DNA of 31,655 bases from Longimicrobiales bacterium (lineage in GTDB: Bacteria > Gemmatimonadota > Gemmatimonadetes > Longimicrobiales > Gaopeijiaceae). Where the stretch lies: assembly GCA_965197725.1 (NCBI GenBank), contig CBDANQ010000048.1:1-31655 (forward strand). The letters are read 5' to 3'. Within the stretch, counting starts at the first letter, position 1, and each line of letters starts with the position of its first letter. Of this stretch, positions 1 through 9,306 are shown in pieces. Made by a program: the position numbers and the translations under genes. The notes below the pieces were generated by a model that saw only the letters and a list, made by a program, of their open reading frames with translations, searched no databases and was not told the DNA's origin.

Positions 1-627
1 TGCCCGCGCCACGCGAGGATCGCTTCCGCCACGTCTCTGTAGCAATCACCGATGAAGCGGCTGTACGTCATGTCGCCGAGGCGCTCCGCGATAGAGGTCG
101 AGTCCGCGAGGTCCGCGAACAGGAAGATGCGTCTCTCCGCTACCGGGAACCGATACCGCCCGATCAAGAAGTTGAGGATGTCCCCCGGATTGTGCAGGTG
201 CCGGACCTCCAGGAACGCCGTGGCGAGAACCGCGACCACCGTCGCCAGAAGGAGGTCGCGCGCCATCGTTTCGCCCACCACGTAGATACTCATGGCGGTG
301 AATGGGCCCATGTCGGACGTGAGGACCGTCGAGCCGCCGTTGACGAGCACGAGCGTCGTGACGATTAGGCCGGTGTACAGCGCGACGCGCACGGAGGTCA
401 CCCACAGATAGTGGCGCCACCGTATCCTGCCCACGAAGATCCACTCCTCGCCGACCCCGACGAGCATGCCGATCAGGATTCCGGAGGCGACTCCTCGCGA
501 CGCGTGCGGAAGTGGAGGGCCACCTTCGATCTGATGGATCAGAAGGCCCACCGCCGACACCGACCGCGGCGCCGACCGCAACGAAGCGGGCCGTCGAGCG
601 GATCCGCTTTGTGACGATGGCTCGCAA
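1..627 (-). CDS. Membrane-bound class III adenylate/guanylate cyclase (3' part outside the window; apparent +1 frameshift near 554-555)
   Basis: A frame missing from the ORF track reads ...GVASGILIGMLVGVGEEWIF...(TM segments)...NFLIGRYRFPVAERRIFLFADLADSTSIAERLGDMTYSRFIGDCY, which matches the cyclase-core xFxDLxxST motif. The TTG at 627 has AGAGGA upstream and joins this frame only if one G near 554 is removed. Confidence 0.8.
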
Positions 628-743
628 GAGTCCTCTAGATCACGCCCACGCTGTACGCGAACGCGATGAGGAAGGCGATCACGACCAGGAGCGCGCGCCA
701 CACGACGAAGTGACGGACCGCGGCGCTGCCCGCGTCGACGGCG

Positions 744-1211
744 CTAACCGCCGTTGCTTCGAGGGTTGCCGGTGCCGCGGCGGATTCCGGAAAGGTCTTG
801 CATGTTCTTGAGCAGGGAGCGGAGCCGTTGCTCCAGGTCCGCGGGGTTCTCGGGCTTCGTAATGAAGTGGTTGCTCCCGAGTCCGTAGCTCCGAGCCACG
901 TCCTCGTCGCGGTCGGAGGACGTCAGCACGGCGATAGGAATGCGGCGGAAAACATCGTCCTCCTTGATCGCCTCGAGTACCTCGAGGCCGGTGCGGCCCG
1001 GCATCTTAAGGTCGAGCAGGATGAGGTCGGGAACCAGGTCCTCCACCATCATGATGGCCTCATCACCGTTGCGAGCCCGGTGGACCTCGACGGGGATGGG
1101 ACTGGCTCGCTCCAGGGCCATCTGGATCAGAAGAGCGTGATCGTCATTGTCCTCTGCAAGCAGGACATTCCACTGACGACGTTGATGACGACGTTGGTGG
1201 CTCCGCTTCAT
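744..1211 (-). CDS. Single-domain response regulator (CheY-like receiver); probably extends to 635 with a C-terminal TM helix if one C at 763-765 is an error
   Basis: Receiver motifs LLAEDNDD, LILLDLKMP, VLTSS and FITKP. Confidence 0.9.
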   Translation of the reverse strand: MKRSHQRRHQRRQWNVLLAEDNDDHALLIQMALERASPIPVEVHRARNGDEAIMMVEDLVPDLILLDLKMPGRTGLEVLEAIKEDDVFRRIPIAVLTSSDRDEDVARSYGLGSNHFITKPENPADLEQRLRSLLKNMQDLSGIRRGTGNPRSNGG

Positions 1212-2057
1212 CCCGGGACGGGCTCCTCATTTTGTGCGTCGCGTACGACCGCGGCGGTAAAGCCAAGATCCGTAACGCCTTTGGAAAGAGACGCTCGCCT
1301 GGGCCGATGAGTCAAATCGGCCAACGCGCACATGCGTCAGCCGGCTACCTTCCACGCGCACCAATCGCACGTCCAGGCCCGCTTCCGTGGCGCGCTCGAG
1401 CAGCGCCCTGGCACGGGATTCGTTCAAGAACGCGCCCAACTGAACGGTATAGCGGCCGTCGGAACTGAGCGCAGGAGCCGCCGAGTCCTGTGAAGGAGGT
1501 GGGACCGTCGGAAAAGGTTCGGCGAGGGACTCCTCGAGAGGCGGATCCGCCGTTTGCTGGTCGTCGCTTTCTCTTGCCTCGACCAGCCTGAGAACGGGCG
1601 GCGGGCCCGCGGTCCAGGCCCGGGCCATCCACGCCTCGGCCTGCTCGCGCACCGGCGAGCCCGGATGGTCTCGCGTCAGGGACGCCATGTAGGTGCGGGC
1701 TCGCTCCCTCTCGCCTTGGGCGTGCGCGGCCTGGGCCAGCCGAAAGAGCGCCCGGTCGGCGTACGGCCCACCCGGATACTCGATGACGAGCTGCCGGAAG
1801 TCGCGGGCGGCCTGCCCCGGATCGACAGTAAGCCGCCCTCGCAGCCACAGACCGAGCTGAAGATTCCGGCGGCTGGCGTTGGAACGGTCGCTTCCCCACC
1901 ACTCGAGCAGCATCGCGCGGGCCTCTTCAGCGCGACCGGTGCTCGCGAACTGCTCCACTTGGACGAGCGAGCGCTCCTGGGCCGGGAGCCAGCAGGGCGA
2001 AGCCAGGCTTATCACGGTCAGGAGCACGACGGTGCGAACCCGGTTCAGAGTGCTCAC
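1208..2057 (-). CDS. Exported TPR + SPOR (peptidoglycan-binding) domain protein; frameshift near 1281 (called ORF stops at 1227)
   Basis: Signal-peptide-like N-terminus, TPR-like EYPGGPYADRALFRLAQ, SPOR motif YTVQLGAF...VRVGRF. The GTG start overlaps the holA stop. The corrected frame ends VTDLGFTAAVVRDAQNEEPVPG* with an ATGA overlap onto the next gene. Confidence 0.8.
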
Positions 2058-3055
2058 GCCGCCGTCGCCCGCGCCATTGTGGCGAGTAGCCACTCCTCAA
2101 CGAAGTGCTCGTCCGTGTGGGGACTCGCCTTGAGCAGTCGATCCGCGCGTAAGAGGTGCTCGAGCGCAGCGTCGATCTCGTGGCGCGGCCATTGCTTCGC
2201 CTGCCGGCCGACCGTCTTGGCCAACCACTTCTGATGGGGAGGCAGTATTGCCTCGAGTTCCCGGGGGCCACTTTCGGCCGCGATGCCGAGTCTGAGGAAC
2301 TGCGTGGTCAGGCCGATCACGAGGCTCACGCCCGACTCCCCCTGGCCCATCAGCGCACCCAGCGTGCCCACCGCTTCGTGAAAACGCCGCTCGCCCACGA
2401 GGTCGAACCAGCGCCATCGGTCCTGGGACGGCAGCCGCGTACCCGCAGCCTCGACGTCGGCGACCGTTACCCGCGCCCGGTCACCGACGAACTCGGCGAG
2501 CTTTTTCACCTCTTGGGAAAGCACGCCGAGGTTGGTGCCGATCGCAGTCCCGAGCGCCTGCGCGGCAGCGGCGTCGAAGTCGACCGAATGCGCCTCTGCG
2601 GCACGCGCCATGATCCACCCTGGCACGTCAGCTGCCGTGAACTCTTTGAACTCCACCGACTTTGCCGCCTTCGCCAGGTCTCGGTAGAACTTCGCTTTCG
2701 AGCCCTGAGGCACAGTGCAGCTCAAGATCAGGGCCAACCCAGGTGGCGGCTTCGCGACGACCTCGAGAAGTGCTTCGCGCGCATGTTTGCTACCGGCCAG
2801 ACCCTCGACATCCCGGATCACGACGACCCTCCATTCGGCCATCATAGGTGGAGTCGCCAGGACCGACGCCATCGTCTCCGCGTCGACCTCGGTCCCTCGC
2901 AGGCGATCGAGGTTGAAATCGGGCGTCGCCTCGTCGAGGTGAGCTGCGATCAGCGCCTGAACGGCCTCCTCTTTGCTGAAGAGGTCCTCGCCGTGCAAGT
3001 AGAACGCGCCGCCCGCGGCGCGGGTCAACGCGGGGAGAAGGTCAGAGGTGCTCAC
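2054..3055 (-). CDS. holA: DNA polymerase III subunit delta
   Basis: FYLHGED, FNLDRLRG, TPPMMAEWRVVVIRD, LSQEVKKL, LLRADRLLKAS; about 335 aa. Start at GTG 3055 or TTG 3064. Confidence 0.9.
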   Translation of the reverse strand: MSTSDLLPALTRAAGGAFYLHGEDLFSKEEAVQALIAAHLDEATPDFNLDRLRGTEVDAETMASVLATPPMMAEWRVVVIRDVEGLAGSKHAREALLEVVAKPPPGLALILSCTVPQGSKAKFYRDLAKAAKSVEFKEFTAADVPGWIMARAAEAHSVDFDAAAAQALGTAIGTNLGVLSQEVKKLAEFVGDRARVTVADVEAAGTRLPSQDRWRWFDLVGERRFHEAVGTLGALMGQGESGVSLVIGLTTQFLRLGIAAESGPRELEAILPPHQKWLAKTVGRQAKQWPRHEIDAALEHLLRADRLLKASPHTDEHFVEEWLLATMARATAA

Positions 3056-3091
3056 CCCGGACAATCTCGGGGGGAGAGGCGGTTCAGGGAA

Positions 3092-3646
3092 CTACCGGTC
3101 TGGATCGATCTCGGCTCGGCGCACTCTGCCGCGCTGTCGAGACCGCTGAGACAGCGGAGAGTACTCGTAGAGCAAGTTGTGAGCATCGTCCCAAAGGCCA
3201 CGCTCGAAGTCGGAAACAGGCCGGGGCGGCATGCCACTCGGCATCGCGCTCACCGACCGTACCGGAAGTTCCACGGGAGGCTGATCCACTACGATCGGCT
3301 CCAGCACGATCTCCGGAACTCTCTGCCAAAGTGTCGGCGACCACGCGATCGCCGTGAGCAAGAAGGCCATACCGACCACGGTCATCGCGGAGGTCGCCGA
3401 AACAGCATAGAGTGCCGCCTGTCCGTCGACGTGGTACAGGCGATGTTGCAGTCGCGGGCCGAAGTCCTCGGTGAGCTCGGGTTCCGGAAGCGCGCGTAGC
3501 AGCTCCGCACCCTTCTCGACAACTGCACGATATCGATTGCACGCCGGGCACGATTCGAGGTGTGCTTCCAGCCCGCGCACATCCTCCTCCTCGAGGGCAC
3601 CCTCGTCGAGGTCGGTGAGGGCGAAGACGTAGTCCGAGCAGTTCAT
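3092..3646 (-). CDS. zf-HC2 (ZAS) transmembrane anti-sigma factor
   Basis: MNC...AHLESCPAC (HxxxCxxC) motif and one TM helix; directly downstream of an ECF sigma gene. Confidence 0.85.
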   Translation of the reverse strand: MNCSDYVFALTDLDEGALEEEDVRGLEAHLESCPACNRYRAVVEKGAELLRALPEPELTEDFGPRLQHRLYHVDGQAALYAVSATSAMTVVGMAFLLTAIAWSPTLWQRVPEIVLEPIVVDQPPVELPVRSVSAMPSGMPPRPVSDFERGLWDDAHNLLYEYSPLSQRSRQRGRVRRAEIDPDR

Positions 3647-3689
3647 AGGGTCTGATACTGCGGGCGGACCGACCGGGTTCCATACCCGT

Positions 3690-3720
3690 CGGCCCCGCCG
3701 GGCTTTACCCGGCGGGGCCG
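3690..3720. terminator. Perfect 13-bp GC hairpin between the sigma and anti-sigma genes (attenuator or mRNA-stabilising stem)
   Basis: CGGCCCCGCCGGG-CTTTA-CCCGGCGGGGCCG; no U-tract follows on the coding strand. Confidence 0.5.
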
Positions 3721-3762
3721 CCACCCCACCCGTCCCCTCGCTACTACGTCAGTGCTACTACA

Positions 3763-4419
3763 TCAGTCGATCATCGGAGCGATGATCTGCGCGAAGTTGT
3801 TCCGCGCTCGGTTCAACCGACTCTTTACCGTCCCGAGGTTGCAGCGGGTAATGTTTGCGATCTCGTCGTACGTCTTCCCTTCCATCTCACGGAGCACGAA
3901 CACGATCCTGTGGTGTTCCGGCAATCGCTTCACGGCCTCCTCGACCCTGGACCTGAGATGGCGCTTCCGGAAAAGATCATCCGGCTTGTACTGCGCATCT
4001 TCCCACTCCAGCGGTCGATGGTCCGCGTCCCAGTTCTTCATGATCGTCTGAAATAGGACCAACGGATTCCGGGACCGGTTGCGCAACTCGTTCTTCGCCA
4101 AGTTGCTCGCGATCGTGTAGATCCACGTCGAAAACTTCTTCGTCTGGTCGAACCGGTGTAGATGCCGGTACACTCGGACGAAGGTCTCTTGCACGAGATC
4201 CTGGCCACGCTCCCTGTCGCCGGTCGTACGGTAGACGAAGTTCAGGAGCCTCTGGTCGTACCGGCGTACCAGGTCGCCGAACGCCCGAGAGTCCCCATCG
4301 AGGGACGCCTGAACCACCTGAGAATCGGTGAGATCCCGCAGCTTCTGCCGGTGCTCGCGCGCTTCGCCCGTACCAGGCCGAGGCACTTCCACGATCTCTT
4401 TTTTGCGTGCCCTCGCCAC
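3763..4419 (-). CDS. ECF RNA polymerase sigma-70 factor (RpoE/SigW-like)
   Basis: Region 2 DLVQETFVRVY...FSTWIYTIASN; region 4 LPEHHRIVFVLREMEGKTYDEIA...GTVKSRLNRAR; GTG at 4419 preceded by GGAGG/GGAG. Confidence 0.93.
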   Translation of the reverse strand: MARARKKEIVEVPRPGTGEAREHRQKLRDLTDSQVVQASLDGDSRAFGDLVRRYDQRLLNFVYRTTGDRERGQDLVQETFVRVYRHLHRFDQTKKFSTWIYTIASNLAKNELRNRSRNPLVLFQTIMKNWDADHRPLEWEDAQYKPDDLFRKRHLRSRVEEAVKRLPEHHRIVFVLREMEGKTYDEIANITRCNLGTVKSRLNRARNNFAQIIAPMID

Positions 4420-4565
4420 GTCTCCGCCTCCATCTCCTATTCTCCCGCCCAATTGGCAGGAAAGCACCCATTGCTCGCTCTGTTGTTGCACGGTCTGTGC
4501 CAAGACAGAGAGCCCTCTGGCCTAGCACGGCTGGGCGGCTTCGTCTTCCTCCGTCCACTTCATGT

Positions 4566-4592
4566 GACGCCCGAAGGGCTCGGAATGTGACA
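4566..4592 (-). promoter_or_regulatory. ECF-type promoter TGTCACA-N16-CGTC upstream of the sigma gene
   Basis: Minus strand reads TGTCACA ttccgagcccttcggg CGTC. Confidence 0.55.
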
Positions 4593-4594
4593 GC

Positions 4595-5956
4595 TCACGA
4601 TGCCGGGGCGATTTCGACGGGCCCCAGATCGAGAGCCTCGAGTGGAGCCACGATCTCGTCGGCGTCCCCGACTACGACGACCTGCACCTCGTCGGGACGG
4701 ATGTGGGTTCTCACCGCCGCCGCGACTTCATCGGTCGTAACCGCCCTCAGTCGGTCCCGATACGTGTGGTAGTAGTCGTCCGCTAGGCCATACACAACGA
4801 GCTGCGAGATGCGCGATGCGATCTGCCCGGCAGTCTCCAGCTGAAGCCCGAAGACCCCGGCCGCATAGTCGCGCGCCGCTGCGACTTCTTCATCAGTCGG
4901 CCCTCCCTCGACGAGCTGCTCGAGCTCTCTCACGATCTCGCGGACCGCTGGTACGGTCACATCGGTGCCGACCGAGGTCGAGACCGAAAAGGGGCCAGGG
5001 CGAGAGCGAAAGGCGAAGCGCGAACGTACGCCGTACGTGAACCCGTTCTTCTCGCGCAGATTGAGATTCAGCCGGCTGGTGAACGAGCCGCCGAAGAGCA
5101 TGTTCCCCACCGACAACGGGAAGTAGTCGGGCGTCGCGCGGTCCGTGCCCACATGACCGACGCGCACCTCGGATTGCACGGATTCTGCGCGGTGCACCAT
5201 CCAGACTCGACGTTCCCTGGTGGCGGGATCGACGTGGAATTCCTCAGCCGCCGGAGGCGCGCCAGTCCAAGCTCCCAGCCGATGGTTCGCCATCGTCTCG
5301 ATCTCATCGGGATCGAGATCACCCGCGACGATCAGCCCACCACCCAGGGGACGGTAGCACGCATCCCCGAAGTCGCTCAACAGACCGCACTTCATCGTCC
5401 CGATCGATTCCTCCGTGCCGTCTTGGGGGCGTGCGTACGGGATGCCGGCCACGAAGTACCGACGGCCCGCCTCCATCGAGGCGAGCGCCGAAGGATCCAT
5501 GGCCCGTTGCCGGATCGCGGCCAACCGCTGCTCACGCGCTCGGTCCACCTCCGCTTCCGGAAAGGAGGGCTCGAGCACGGCTTCCGCGAGCAGGCCCAGA
5601 GCCTCCTCGAGTCGACCGGCCAAGCACGACATCGAGACGCTCGTTCCCTCCCACCCGGTCGCAACGCCGAGTCGAGCGCCGATCCGCTCCAACGCCTCCG
5701 CGAGTTCTGTGCCGCTTCGCTTTCGGGTCCCGCCCTCGAGCGCGTCGCCAGTCAGAACGGCGAGACCCGCACGCGATTCCACGAGCTGACCTTCGCCGGC
5801 TCGGAAGAAGAGGTTGGTACTCACGACCGGCAGGCGAGACAGCTTGCACACCCTGAGGTCGAGCCCGTTGGACAGCGTGCGGCGCTCGACGTCGGGGAAG
5901 TCGAACTTGCGGATCGAGCCGCTCGTCGGTGGCTGAGTACGATCGAGCCCACTCAT
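4595..5956 (-). CDS. M16B (pitrilysin-family) peptidase, non-catalytic subunit
   Basis: M16 fold motifs but no HxxEH (GLAVLTGDALEGGT at the equivalent position); C-domain GGSFTSRLNLNLREKNGFTY. Confidence 0.88.
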   Translation of the reverse strand: MSGLDRTQPPTSGSIRKFDFPDVERRTLSNGLDLRVCKLSRLPVVSTNLFFRAGEGQLVESRAGLAVLTGDALEGGTRKRSGTELAEALERIGARLGVATGWEGTSVSMSCLAGRLEEALGLLAEAVLEPSFPEAEVDRAREQRLAAIRQRAMDPSALASMEAGRRYFVAGIPYARPQDGTEESIGTMKCGLLSDFGDACYRPLGGGLIVAGDLDPDEIETMANHRLGAWTGAPPAAEEFHVDPATRERRVWMVHRAESVQSEVRVGHVGTDRATPDYFPLSVGNMLFGGSFTSRLNLNLREKNGFTYGVRSRFAFRSRPGPFSVSTSVGTDVTVPAVREIVRELEQLVEGGPTDEEVAAARDYAAGVFGLQLETAGQIASRISQLVVYGLADDYYHTYRDRLRAVTTDEVAAAVRTHIRPDEVQVVVVGDADEIVAPLEALDLGPVEIAPAS

Positions 5957-7230
5957 GCCGGCGCCTTCGGCTCATAGGTCAGCACCGCGCGGTTGTCGGG
6001 GCCGAGTCGCTTTTTCGCAAACGCTCGAATCTCGTCCACGGTGACGGCGCGCAGTCTGTTCAACTCCCGGTTGAGCCGGCCCGGATCGTCGAAATACAGC
6101 TCGAACATCGAGAGCAAGTCGGCGCGTTCGCTCGCCCGTTCGAGCGACCGCACCAGGTCGGTCTCCATCAACGCGATCGCGCGCTCGACCTCGAGAGCGT
6201 CCGCTTCGGCAAGTCCCTCGAGCTCCTCGGCGAGCGCCGCCTCCAGCTCCTCCGGAGAAGCGCCCGGGTATCCGGTCGCCCAGGCGAGCAGCATCGACGC
6301 GCCAGTGAGGAGCGGGAACGCGAAGGTCACCACACCCTTCGCGACCCTCCGCTCGCGCACCAGCCGCTTGTAAAGTCGTGACGCGCGTCCCATACCGAGT
6401 AGCCCTCTCGACACCTCCGCCACCGCGAAGTCCTCGGAGGAGTACGGCGGGATCCGGAAGGCCAAGACCACGCGCGGAAGCGGCACGTCGGCCAGAACGT
6501 GGTCGCGGACCGTTTCGCCGATCAGCGGATCGATGAGCGGGTCGCCCGGCAGGGGTGGAATCGGCGCCCCGGGCTCGATTTCGCCGAAATACCTGTTCAG
6601 GAGCTCGAGCGCGCCATCGCGGTCGAAGTCGCCCGCGATCGTGATCACGGCGTTGTTCGGCACGTAGAACGTGTGAAAAAATGAAGCCACGTCGTCGAGC
6701 GTCGCCGCGTCGATGTCCTCCATCGACCCGATGACCGAGTGGTGATAGGGGTGCGACTGTGGGTATACCAACGCCTGTAGCCGCTCGTCCCAATCGCCGT
6801 ACGGTTGATTGTCGTACCGCTGGCGCTTCTCGTTCTTCACCACGTCGCGTTGGTTGTCGAGCTTCTCCTGATCCATGGCTTGCACCATCCAGCCCATGCG
6901 GTCCGACTCGAGCCAGAGCGCGAGCTCCAGATCGTGCGAGGGCACGGTCTCGAAGTAGTTCGTGCGGTCGAACCACGTCGAGGCATTCAAGGCGCCCCCG
7001 GCGCGCTCGATCAACTCGAAGTGCTTGTTCTTAGGCACGTGCGCCGAGCCCTGGAACATCATGTGCTCGAAGAGGTGGGCGAAGCCGGTCTTGCCCGGTG
7101 GTTCGTTCCGGGAACCGACTCCGTACCAAAGGTTTACGGCGACGACCGGCACGGTGCGATCCTGCGAAAGCACGATCCTGAGGCCATTGTCCAAGCTGTG
7201 GCGTTCAACCGGAATTGCGAGTCTGCTCAC
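5953..7230 (-). CDS. M16B (pitrilysin-family) zinc peptidase, catalytic subunit
   Basis: GSRNE...GFAHLFEHMMFQGS (HxxEH), NASTWFDRTNY, VVKNEKRQ; 4-bp overlap with the partner gene. Confidence 0.93.
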   Translation of the reverse strand: MSRLAIPVERHSLDNGLRIVLSQDRTVPVVAVNLWYGVGSRNEPPGKTGFAHLFEHMMFQGSAHVPKNKHFELIERAGGALNASTWFDRTNYFETVPSHDLELALWLESDRMGWMVQAMDQEKLDNQRDVVKNEKRQRYDNQPYGDWDERLQALVYPQSHPYHHSVIGSMEDIDAATLDDVASFFHTFYVPNNAVITIAGDFDRDGALELLNRYFGEIEPGAPIPPLPGDPLIDPLIGETVRDHVLADVPLPRVVLAFRIPPYSSEDFAVAEVSRGLLGMGRASRLYKRLVRERRVAKGVVTFAFPLLTGASMLLAWATGYPGASPEELEAALAEELEGLAEADALEVERAIALMETDLVRSLERASERADLLSMFELYFDDPGRLNRELNRLRAVTVDEIRAFAKKRLGPDNRAVLTYEPKAPA

Positions 7231-7264
7231 GGACGGACTCCTTTGCGGCGCTCGATTGGCACCA

Positions 7265-8845
7265 TTAGGGACGCTCCTTCAGTGGTGCGCGGAGTGCTTC
7301 GCTTTGCACGTCGGCGGCGGCGACCAGACTGACTCCCGTCATCTCCGCCGGCGCCGCAATGCCCATGAGGTCGAGCACGGTCGGCGCCACATCGGCCAGC
7401 GTTCCAGGTCCGCCGATGCGGCGGCCGGGACTCCGCGGATCGACAACTACGAAGTCGACGGGCTCTGTGGTGTGGGCCGTGTGCACGTCACCCTCTCCGT
7501 CGATCATCATCTCACAATTGCCGTGGTCAGCCGTGACGAGCGCCACCCACTCGGGGTTCTCGTGGATCGCGTCGAGCAAATCGCCGAGGCAAGCGTCCAC
7601 CGCCTCGACGGCGGAGGAGGCCGCGGGGATCGAGCCCGTGTGACCGACCATGTCGGGGTTGGCGAAGTTCACGAGGATGAAGTCGTACGTGCCTGCGCGC
7701 ATGCCTTCGAGCACGGCGTCCGCTACGCCGCGGGCGCTCATTTCCGGCTGTAGGTCATACGTCGCGACCTTGGGCGAGGGGACCAGCGTGCGGTCCTCAC
7801 CCTCGAACGGCGCCTCTTCTCCTCCGTTGAAGAAGTAGGTGACGTGCGCGTACTTCTCGGTCTCCGCGACCTTGAGCTGGGCCCGGCCCGCGTCGGCCAG
7901 CAGCTCCGCGAGACAGGGCTTCACGTGCTCCGGCGGGAACGCAACCGAGACGGGCAGGGAAGACTCGTACTCGGTCAATGTCACGACATCGACGGGCCGT
8001 CCGCGCACTCGCTCGAAGCCGTCGAAGCCGGGAAGCGTGAGCGCGGCGGTCATCTGCCGCATCCGGTCCGAGCGGAAGTTGAGAAGCAGGACCGCATCGC
8101 GTTCTTCGACCCCCGCCTCTCCAACGCCCCGGATTCCGGTCGGCTCGACGAACTCGTCCGTGACACCTGCCTGGTAGCTGTCTCGCAGTAGCTCGACTCC
8201 GTCCGCCCACGCGTCCGCTTGGCCCTCGGCGATCAGTGCGAACGCTCGCTGAGTCCGGTCCCAGCGCGTGTCGCGGTCCATCGCCCAATAGCGGCCGGTC
8301 ACTGAAGCGATCGCCCACTTGTCGCTTGGGGCGCAAAGCCGGTCCACCTCTCTCACGAACTCGATCCCCCCGGTCGGCGAGGTGTCGCGGCCATCGGTGA
8401 TGCAGTGCACATGCACCGGAAGATCTTCCGGCAGCAGTTCCATGACGGCCGCCAAGTGCCTGATGTGGCTGTGAACACCTCCGTCCGACACGAGGCCGGC
8501 GATGTGTAGGGCACCTCCGCGCTCGCGAAGCCCGGCGACGAGGGCGACGAGTCCCAATCGCTCCCTCAGAGAGCCGTCTTCGATCGCGCGATCGATGCGC
8601 GCGATGGCCTGATACACTATGCGGCCCGCGCCGAGGTTGAGATGTCCGACCTCGCTGTTGCCCATCTGGCCGGCGGGCAAACCGACGTCCTCACCGGAGC
8701 ACGCGAGCCTGGTGCGCGGACGGTGGCCGTACATCGCACGAAAGCGCGGGACGCTAGCGAGCTCGATCGCGTTGCCTTCGCTCGCAGGACCCTCGAACTC
8801 GGAATGGCCCCAGCCGTCGAGAATCACCAAGAGAACTTTTCTCAT
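7265..8845 (-). CDS. gpmI: 2,3-bisphosphoglycerate-independent phosphoglycerate mutase
   Basis: LVILDGWG, GQMGNSEVGH, DGGVHSH, GRYWAMDRD, AETEKYAHVTYFFNGG, NPDMVGHTG, TADHGN; true start MRKVLL at 8845. Confidence 0.97.
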   Translation of the reverse strand: MRKVLLVILDGWGHSEFEGPASEGNAIELASVPRFRAMYGHRPRTRLACSGEDVGLPAGQMGNSEVGHLNLGAGRIVYQAIARIDRAIEDGSLRERLGLVALVAGLRERGGALHIAGLVSDGGVHSHIRHLAAVMELLPEDLPVHVHCITDGRDTSPTGGIEFVREVDRLCAPSDKWAIASVTGRYWAMDRDTRWDRTQRAFALIAEGQADAWADGVELLRDSYQAGVTDEFVEPTGIRGVGEAGVEERDAVLLLNFRSDRMRQMTAALTLPGFDGFERVRGRPVDVVTLTEYESSLPVSVAFPPEHVKPCLAELLADAGRAQLKVAETEKYAHVTYFFNGGEEAPFEGEDRTLVPSPKVATYDLQPEMSARGVADAVLEGMRAGTYDFILVNFANPDMVGHTGSIPAASSAVEAVDACLGDLLDAIHENPEWVALVTADHGNCEMMIDGEGDVHTAHTTEPVDFVVVDPRSPGRRIGGPGTLADVAPTVLDLMGIAAPAEMTGVSLVAAADVQSEALRAPLKERP

Positions 8846-9019
8846 GCGGGAATCTAAGCGCAGCTCGCCCCTCAGTGACCCGCTGGCGCCGCTCTCGGAA
8901 ACGTCGTAGCGGACGCGTTGCTCGTAGGTCGGAGCGCGCTTCGTGCTCGTCACGAACCCAACCCACCCGACTAGCGTCGCGTTGAAGCGCGAGTCGGACT
9001 CTGGTGATGCCGAAGCATA

Positions 9020-9048
9020 TTGACTCATTCTTATGAGTGATATATACT
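9020..9048 (+). promoter_or_regulatory. Sigma70 promoter with an overlapping palindromic operator for the VapBC-type operon
   Basis: TTGACT (9020-25), 17-nt spacer, TATACT (9043-48); inverted repeat ACTCAT-tctt-ATGAGT at 9023-9038. Confidence 0.8.
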
Positions 9049-9054
9049 TATGCC

Positions 9055-9306
9055 ATGAGTAAACGCTTACAGGTGATCCTGGACGACAACGAGTATCGCG
9101 AGGTGAGTCGGGCTGCCCGGCGGAAGGGACTGAGTGTGTCGGAATGGGTGCGCCGCTCTCTTCGCGAGACCCGGTCAGCGGAGCCGGCATCGGACCGGGG
9201 CAAGAAGCTGGCGGTGGTCCGGGCGGCCGCACGGCACGACTTTCCCACGGCCGATATCGCTCAGATGCTCCGCGAGATCGAACAGGGCTACGTGACCGAG
9301 TCGTGA
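9055..9306 (+). CDS. Ribbon-helix-helix (CopG-like) antitoxin, VapB-type
   Basis: [14 protein letters not shown]...[19 protein letters not shown] pattern; stop overlaps the PIN toxin start (GTGA). Confidence 0.85.
   Translation: MSKRLQVILDDNEYREVSRAARRKGLSVSEWVRRSLRETRSAEPASDRGKKLAVVRAAARHDFPTADIAQMLREIEQGYVTES

Noticed and set aside
1174..1196. 12-bp tandem duplication encoding HQRR-HQRR
   Set aside because: Two units only, in frame, in a disordered N-terminus; ordinary slippage.
2156..3499. 447-aa plus-strand ORF and similar long shadow ORFs (e.g. 20479-21675, 23732-24769, 25244-26155)
   Set aside because: Antisense to well-supported genes; long stop-free frames are expected at high GC and these show no motifs.
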